Shown one piece after another: positions 34,933-42,843 of a stretch of DNA of 42,843 nt. Positions within the stretch are counted from its first letter, which is position 1, and the number at the start of each line of letters is the position of its first letter. A program made the translations under genes and the position numbers. The stretch comes from Octopus bimaculoides (Eukaryota): positions 46,233,202-46,276,044 of the forward strand of contig NC_069000.1 in NCBI RefSeq assembly GCF_001194135.2, given 5' to 3'. The notes beneath the pieces were generated by a model, which was not told the DNA's origin, ran no database searches, and was given only the letters and a program-made list of their open reading frames with translations.

Positions 34933-35722
34933 AAATATATATATATATGTATGTATGTATAAATATNNNNNNNNNNNNNNNNNNNNNNNNNNNNNNNNNN
35001 NNNNNNNNNNNNNNNNNNNNNNNNNNNNNNNNNNNNNNNNNNNNNNNNNNNNNNNNNNNNNNNNNNNNNNNNNNNNNNNNNNNNNNNNNNNNNNNNNNNN
35101 NNNNNNNNNNNNNNNNNNNNNNNNNNNNNNNNNNNNNNNNNNNNNNNNNNNNNNNNNNNNNNNNNNNNNNNNNNNNNNNNNNNNNNNNNNNNNNNNNNNN
35201 NNNNNNNNNNNNNNNNNNNNNNNNNNNNNNNNNNNNNNNNNNNNNNNNNNNNNNNNNNNNNNNNNNNNNNNNNNNNNNNNNNNNNNNNNNNNNNNNNNNN
35301 NNNNNNNNNNNNNNNNNNNNNNNNNNNNNNNNNNNNNNNNNNNNNNNNNNNNNNNNNNNNNNNNNNNNNNNNNNNNNNNNNNNNNNNNNNNNNNNNNNNN
35401 NNNNNNNNNNNNNNNNNNNNNNNNNNNNNNNNNNNNNNNNNNNNNNNNNNNNNNNNNNNNNNNNNNNNNNNNNNNNNNNNNNNNNNNNNNNNNNNNNNNN
35501 NNNNNNNNNNNNNNNNNNNNNNNNNNNNNNNNNNNNNNNNNNNNNNNNNNNNNNNNNNNNNNNNNNNNNNNNNNNNNNNNNNNNNNNNNNNNNNNNNNNN
35601 NNNAATGGAGAGAATGAAAGAAAGAGTGATGGAGAGGAAAATACTAGAGAGAGGAGAAGCGTGTGTGTGCGTGCGTGTGTGTTTGTGCCTCTGTGTGTGT
35701 GTGTGTGTGCGTGTGTGCGTGT

Positions 35723-35765
<43 letters not shown>

Positions 35766-35935
35766 TCCAGTAAGCTAAACTGATAGTCGTTCTCATATAA
35801 CCCATGTGAATCCATGGCCAGTCACTTTCTCACCCAGTAACCCAAGTTGACGGAGATCGACGCAACTTGTAGGTGTCTATATAAATACATACATACATAC
35901 ATATATATACATGCATTCAAATATATATGCGTATA

Positions 35936-35966
<31 letters not shown>

Positions 35967-36076
35967 CTATATACATATATACATGTATACATTAATACAC
36001 ACATATATATACACACACATATATATATATATGTATGTACGTATAGAGAACATGTGGTCGTTAACAGTGTATGTAT

Positions 36077-36120
<44 letters not shown>

Positions 36121-37461
36121 TATCACACACACTCATAACCAGCAGCCGTTCTTTATACACACCCACTGTAGCTGACAGTGGTTGAGGACATACACCAAAC
36201 ATATATACACACCCATGTATTTATGTATACACACCTCGTTCTATATACGCTCTGCTGTAGCTGAAGTTTAAATTCTGCCCAATTTTTTAAATGGTTGTCA
36301 TGGGAAAAACTTTCCAAAACGATTCTTGTTGTTGTTGTTGTTGTTCANNNNNNNNNNNNNNNNNNNNNNNNNNNNNNNNNNNNNNNNNNNNNNNNNNNNN
36401 NNNNNNNNNNNNNNNNNNNNNNNNNNNNNNNNNNNNNNNNNNNNNNNNNNNNNNNNNNNNNNNNNNNNNNNNNNNNNNNNNNNNNNNNNNNNNNNNNNNN
36501 NNNNNNNNNNNNNNNNNNNNNNNNNNNNNNNNNNNNNNNNNNNNNNNNNNNNNNNNNNNNNNNNNNNNNNNNNNNNNNNNNNNNNNNNNNNNNNNNNNNN
36601 NNNNNNNNNNNNNNNNNNNNNNNNNNNNNNNNNNNNNNNNNNNNNNNNNNNNNNNNNNNNNNNNNNNNNNNNNNNNNNNNNNNNNNNNNNNNNNNNNNNN
36701 NNNNNNNNNNNNNNNNNNNNNNNNNNNNNNNNNNNNNNNNNNNNNNNNNNNNNNNNNNNNNNNNNNNNNNNNNNNNNNNNNNNNNNNNNNNNNNNNNNNN
36801 NNNNNNNNNNNNNNNNNNNNNNNNNNNNNNNNNNNNNNNNNNNNNNNNNNNNNNNNNNNNNNNNNNNNNNNNNNNNNNNNNNNNNNNNNNNNNNNNNNNN
36901 NNNNNNNNNNNNNNNNNNNNNNNNNNNNNNNNNNNNNNNNNNNNNNNNNNNNNNNNNNNNNNNNNNNNNNNNNGGCGGCGGCGGCGGCGACAGTGGCAAG
37001 AACAACAAGAAGCGTAAGTGCAACGAATGTCAAGCCCAGAATATCAGTATCATTATATCACCACTAACCACCACCACCACTACCGCCACCACCACCACCA
37101 CCACCAGTACTACCACCACAACTATACCATTCTACCTTCAAGCACACCATTACATAACCAACATCACACCATCACTGTCACTTCGACATCAATATACCCT
37201 CAACGACACCATCACTGCAATATACCTCCACCACAGCCACTACGTCACCACCACCACCACCACCAATACTACACTTCTCTACCCAGTATCCACCCAAGTA
37301 TACCCTCAATCTAATTTACTTCGCACTTTAACCAACTCACAAACTGATCATTTACCAACATCTCGTCTTAATTTCAACTAAAATGAAATTTTCTTCTTCT
37401 TCTTCCTCTTCATCATCTTCTTGTTCTTCTTCTTCTTCTTCTTTTTCTTCTTCTTCTTCTT

Positions 37462-37492
<31 letters not shown>

Positions 37493-37495
37493 TTC

Positions 37496-37566
<71 letters not shown>

Positions 37567-38129
37567 ATCGTTGNNNNNNNNNNNNNNNNNNNNNNNNNNN
37601 NNNNNNNNNNNNNNNNNNNNNNNNNNNNNNNNNNNNNNNNNNNNNNNNNNNNNNNNNNNNNNNNNNNNNNNNNNNNNNNNNNNNNNNNNNNNNNNNNNNN
37701 NNNNNNNNNNNNNNNNNNNNNNNNNNNNNNNNNNNNNNNNNNNNNNNNNNNNNNNNNNNNNNNNNNNNNNNNNNNNNNNNNNNNNNNNNNNNNNNNNNNN
37801 NNNNNNNNNNNNNNNNNNNNNNNNNNNNNNNNNNNNNNNNNNNNNNNNNNNNNNNNNNNNNNNNNNNNNNNNNNNNNNNNNNNNNNNNNNNNNNNNNNNN
37901 NNNNNNNNNNNNNNNNNNNNNNNNNNNNNNNNNNNNNNNNNNNNNNNNNNNNNNNNNNNNNNNNNNNNNNNNNNNNNNNNNNNNNNNNNNNNNNNNNNNN
38001 NNNNNNNNNNNNNNNNNNNNNNNNNNNNNNNNNNNNNNNNNNNNNNNNNNNNNNNNNNNNNNNNNNNNNNNNNNNNNNNNNNNNNNNNNNNNNNNNNNNN
38101 ATATATGTTGTATTGTGATCTTCCCCACG

Positions 38130-38690
38130 ATCAGGGCAGCTGTGAGAAACCACAGTCATCGTTGGTCAAAGAACAGAAAATTTATTGCTGCCGATATTTT
38201 TTTTTTGACAATGCTTGATAGAAATACCACATATACATTAGTGTTACCCCTATAAAACATCCACTAAATCAGTTTGGAATTGTGGGGTATATCAAGATTA
38301 ATTTTTTGTGAGGTGGGGGTGAAAAGCCGATTTGCCCGCCTTTCTTATGTTCAGGACATAAAATCTGACTGTCGGTCATATTGGTCGAACCACTTGTGAC
38401 ACGATGAGTAAAAATTTAATACCATCTGTTCTGATTTATGTCTATCTGATCGAGTGTTCGTCTGTTGTAGTAGAAGAGAAAAAATTTCACACAAAGGTAA
38501 GAGGGCATAGTTGTGGAAACATCGTCGTTTGGGGGACTGCAGGTCTAAAAATGAAGTTAGTTCCATACATCGGATTAATAGAATCGTAAACAGTAAAGCT
38601 TATCTGAAGATATTGGAGATTGTGCTTCTATAAACCGAAAGTAACTTTGGCAGGTCGTAGAATTTTCATCCTAGTAACTCTCTAAAGTTT
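38130..38690 (+). mobile_element. Tc1-family transposase remnant
   Basis: WSNHL*HDE*KFN (from 38382; cf. W..V.FSDESKFN), GNIVVWG (cf. GGGSVMVWG), VNSKAYLKILE (38586-38618; cf. MNS..Y..IL); in correct order, with stops and frameshifts. Confidence 0.8.
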
Positions 38691-38734
38691 CATTATCATC
38701 ATCATCAACAACAACAACAACAACAACAACAACT

Positions 38735-39004
38735 TGTGGGCATTACTGTCCCGCATCCTAGGTTTCATAGGGTCCGGTTACCTGGCTTCCATGATGTATA
38801 AGCGATGGAGAGCACAACATTCCCTCTGAACGAAACGTCATATTTTGTCAGGGTCTACTCATTCATGGAAGAGTGTATCGCAGCTGCGTGAAACAAAGGG
38901 TTTTGCTCAAGAACACGACGCACCCTACGGTCCCACGGTTCGGGAATCAAAACCACGACCTTGCGATTGTGATTGCAAAACCCTAACCGCTAGGCCATGC
39001 GCCT
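38735..39004 (-). mobile_element. SINE family B-related, near full length
   Basis: Reverse complement gcgcatggcctagcggttaggg..gtggttttgattcccg..gtcgtgttcttgagcaaaaccc; (CAA/CAT)n at the 3' end. Confidence 0.75.
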
Positions 39005-39544
39005 TCAGTTTACTTCATTAATAATCAAAGAAATTCTCAAAAACAAAACACTCTAAGAGCTACGGGGTGGTTATTACAATCTAACAGATGCGGGGTGGCA
39101 AAACAATCAAAGAGATTGGGGTGGTTATTATCTTATGGAAGATCGTAAGCATAAGTATTCAAGAAAGAAAAACCAAGACATTCAGGAATTTGTTTTGAGA
39201 AGAATTTCAGAAAATGTGTTTATCAAACTTATAGAGTTCAATGACCTGAAGATGAAATTCTGTTCTAAGAATTTTCAGGTACCCAAGCAAGTATCAGTGC
39301 AATTTGAGGCTATTACTCTCGAGTTTTGAAACAGATATTCCATTTTGGTGAAAAAAATTACATGCTTGAAATGTTTTAAAATTTAGTGACGTTAATTTCG
39401 GGTCGTTATTAACACTGCCAATAATTTCATTGAGCTAATTAATTTTTGAAAGGTAAGTAACTGAAAGAAAAAAAAAGAAAATAATTTATGTTTAATTAAA
39501 AGTGTTTTTTTCTTTTAGTCTTAAAATTAAGTGAAGTCAGAGAA

Positions 39545-39672
<128 letters not shown>

Positions 39673-40542
39673 GGACAGATAGATAGGTAGATAGATAGAT
39701 AGATAAACTCAGCGCAAATGTGTATAAATACAGTGTATAAGTAGTAAATTTCACATACACACACCCATACATACATACATACGTATGTACATACATACAT
39801 ACATGCATACATACATACATACATACATAGACACTATACTGCTATCCGTTGTGTAGATGATGCCTGTATAGAATAGACATACAGGATATGGATGTCGAGT
39901 CGAAAGACACAACATGTACATATGAACTGCCGCCTAATTAATTCCAGCTATAATTAAGGAATCATACGAAACCCCTAAACCTTCTAAATACAACACCTTC
40001 TACCAACAACATTATTGCTCGAGTTCCATTCGGAAGCGGATAGGCGAGGGACGGTGGCAAGTTCGCTTTCTTCTTCCCTTCGTCTTCGTTTTCTTTTTTA
40101 TGTGACATCGGAATGAAATGTTAAATTGAATCCGTGGGAATCTCGGAGAAAGAAAATCTGGAAGCTGGAATCATAAACAGCCATGTCTAAACCAGTTGTG
40201 ACATATAGCTTTAAAATATGATACTCTTTGGTAGGAAAGGTATACTCACGATAGTCCTTGAAGCTATCGTCTTAAAAATATTTATCAGCAATGCGGAACG
40301 CTATCGCATCGAATAAATGGTATGAAACGAGATTAAATGGCTGGCATTGGTAATCGATCCATCGTCAAGTTTTGCTCCTGCGTCCGATTATTACAAAAAG
40401 TTAGACGAAGTCTAACCTTTTGTATTAAGACTTCTTCATAAGAAGGTCTCTGTGGGTGAAGTGAAGTAGTTGAGGCGAAGGAAATTATTTTCACGTTCAC
40501 CACCGTATATTACTGGTAAGGGTGGCGAATTGACTGGGTCGC

Positions 40543-40652
40543 GAAGAAGAAGAAGAAGAAGAAAAAGAAGAAGAAGAAGAAGAAGAAGAAGAAGAAGAAG
40601 AAGAAGAAGAAGAAGAAGAAGAAGAAGAAGAAGAAGAAGAAGAAGAAGAAGA
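40543..40652. repeat. (GAA)n microsatellite
   Basis: Directly visible; followed by a gap and a (GA)n tract at 41121-41255. Confidence 0.95.
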
Positions 40653-41120
40653 NNNNNNNNNNNNNNNNNNNNNNNNNNNNNNNNNNNNNNNNNNNNNNNN
40701 NNNNNNNNNNNNNNNNNNNNNNNNNNNNNNNNNNNNNNNNNNNNNNNNNNNNNNNNNNNNNNNNNNNNNNNNNNNNNNNNNNNNNNNNNNNNNNNNNNNN
40801 NNNNNNNNNNNNNNNNNNNNNNNNNNNNNNNNNNNNNNNNNNNNNNNNNNNNNNNNNNNNNNNNNNNNNNNNNNNNNNNNNNNNNNNNNNNNNNNNNNNN
40901 NNNNNNNNNNNNNNNNNNNNNNNNNNNNNNNNNNNNNNNNNNNNNNNNNNNNNNNNNNNNNNNNNNNNNNNNNNNNNNNNNNNNNNNNNNNNNNNNNNNN
41001 NNNNNNNNNNNNNNNNNNNNNNNNNNNNNNNNNNNNNNNNNNNNNNNNNNNNNNNNNNNNNNNNNNNNNNNNNNNNNNNNNNNNNNNNNNNNNNNNNNNN
41101 NNNNNNNNNNNNNNNNNNNN

Positions 41121-41205
<85 letters not shown>

Positions 41206-41409
41206 AAGAGAGAGACGGGGAGAGAAAGAGAGAGAGACGGAGAGAGAGAGAGAGATACGCCCAGCAGTGGTCAGCAACACAGTCTGACACCGTTTTTCTT
41301 GGTAATTACTGCTTGGTGCACACAACCTCATCCCACGCTAATCACTGAATTATATAAAGAATACAGTCGTACGTTGTAGGTCTGCAAACAGCCGCTGGCC
41401 AGATGGGAC

Positions 41410-41538
41410 TTTAGGAAACTGGGCAACGGGAAATGAAGTGTTTTGCTCAAGAACACAACGCATCACCTGGTCCAGGAAGCGAACCTATAACCTTACGATC
41501 ATAACTGTAACATCTTAACCACTAAGCCACGCGCTTCC
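41410..41538 (-). mobile_element. SINE family B head
   Basis: gtgttttgctcaagaacacaacgc..aaccttacgatc..ttaaccactaagccacgcgc. Confidence 0.8.
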
Positions 41539-41847
41539 ATAAGTACACACACACACACACACACACACTTATTTACACACGCATACACATTATATACATA
41601 CACCCACCTACATATATACATATACATGGGTTATATCAAATATAATTAACATCAATACCATTGCTACAAACACCAAAACCACCATCACAACCACAACCAC
41701 CACTACTACTGCTGCTGCTACTACTACTACAAAAACATTTCTACTACTATAAACACCAGCAGAACCTACCACCAACACACCACCAAAACACCTCCAACAC
41801 CACGACTCCTTCTTCTTCTTCTTCTTCTTCTTCTTCTTCTTCTTCTT

Positions 41848-41881
<34 letters not shown>

Positions 41882-42374
41882 CACTACTTAGTAGTAGGTT
41901 TTCTCAACCCCGCTACCCGATCTACCCGTATAAAAAACAGCAGTCATCCACTGTGTTAAAGCCACACCCAAAAGTCAGCGGTGAAGGATTTCGCTTCTTC
42001 AAATGTCTTCCCCCACCAACCCACCCGCCATCTTTATATATCCTTGTATTTTCTTTTATATGCACCGTCATGCTGTTACACACATACACGCACATTGAAG
42101 TGTCTGTATTCATGGATGCACGTATGTATGTGTGTAGTTTGTACGTGCGTATGTATGCATCTATGCATGTTGGTGTGTATGTGCATATTTGCGTTCAGTG
42201 TGTACATGTGCGAAGGGTATGTATTTATATTACATGCGCTATGTGTGTATGCATGTGTGCATGTATATATGTATTTGCATATATATATATGCCTGTGTGT
42301 ATATATATATATATATGTGCATCTAAGTTTGTATGTATGCGTGTATGTATACCCCACCCCCAAAATCATTTTTT

Positions 42375-42455
42375 CTAAGTCTGGTACTTATTTTAACGGT
42401 CACTTTCGCCGAACATCTAAGTTACGAAGACGTAAATACACCAACACCGGTTGGT
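42375..42455 (-). mobile_element. SINE family A central fragment
   Basis: Reverse complement caaccggtgttggtgtatttacgtcttcgtaacttagatgttcggcgaaagtgaccg..aataagtaccag. Confidence 0.75.
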
Positions 42456-42588
42456 ATTGATATCTAGACGACCCAAAGAGTGGCAGGTAATGCTAAGTAA
42501 GTGAGACCGTAGTTAAACTCTTGGTTCGATAGTGATACGAGTGAGGAGTCTAATGTGGGTCTTGTATTAGCATGCATATATATATATA

Positions 42589-42781
42589 TTAGACAAACGG
42601 AGGTAACAAAACCAAAGCTGTGAGTAGTTTTCAAGACATTTATAAGGAAAAAGATATAGATATAGTCTTACAGCTGTTTCTGTATCCCAGAAACAGCTGT
42701 AAGACTATATCTATATTTTTTCCTTTATAAATGTCCTGAAAACTCCTCACAGCCTTGGCTTTGTTACCTCCGTTTGTCTAA
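42589..42781. repeat. 193-bp near-perfect palindrome
   Basis: ttagacaaacggaggtaacaaa...cttacagctgtttctg-tatcc-cagaaacagctgtaag...tttgttacctccgtttgtctaa; 94-bp arms, 5-nt loop at 42683-42687, about 6 mismatches. Confidence 0.95.
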
Positions 42782-42843
42782 CGCACGCGTCCATTTGCAA
42801 GTAAGTTTCAACTTTATATATATATATGTGTGTGTGTGTGTGT

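Noticed and set aside
39135-39329. 64-aa ORF MEDRKHKY...
   Set aside because: AT-rich, no recognised domain, length compatible with chance.

Overview
Eukaryotic, AT-rich, largely non-coding (intronic/intergenic) DNA from a fragmented draft assembly: 18 N-gaps totalling about 7.9 kb (~18%), most of them flanked by microsatellites. The repeat landscape (dense AT/AC/AGAT/AAC/ATC/AAG microsatellites plus three tRNA-headed SINE families, labelled A, B, C here) looks like octopus/coleoid cephalopod DNA; that assignment is inference from memory of these repeats, not a database result. No intact protein-coding gene is supportable, and nearly all entries in the ORF track are gap or microsatellite artefacts. 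Recognisable decayed transposon coding fragments are: a Tx1/L1-type LINE ORF2 (13550-13952, -), a Penelope-like reverse transcriptase (18948-19370, -), an internally deleted mariner-type transposase (22200-22675, -) and a Tc1 transposase (38130-38690, +). The least explained signal is a set of minimal hammerhead-ribozyme-like motifs of the Penelope pLTR type. One is near complete (27964-28000), two are ~90-bp cassettes with back-to-back motifs (19606-19695, 31225-31312), and one is a 193-bp fold-back that pivots on a ribozyme 3' half (42589-42781). All carry core deviations, so activity is unproven. Also notable are a duplicated ~120-nt unique unit with ZNF143/E2F-like motifs (34028-34466) and a hairpin-rich candidate non-coding exon (40250-40545, -).
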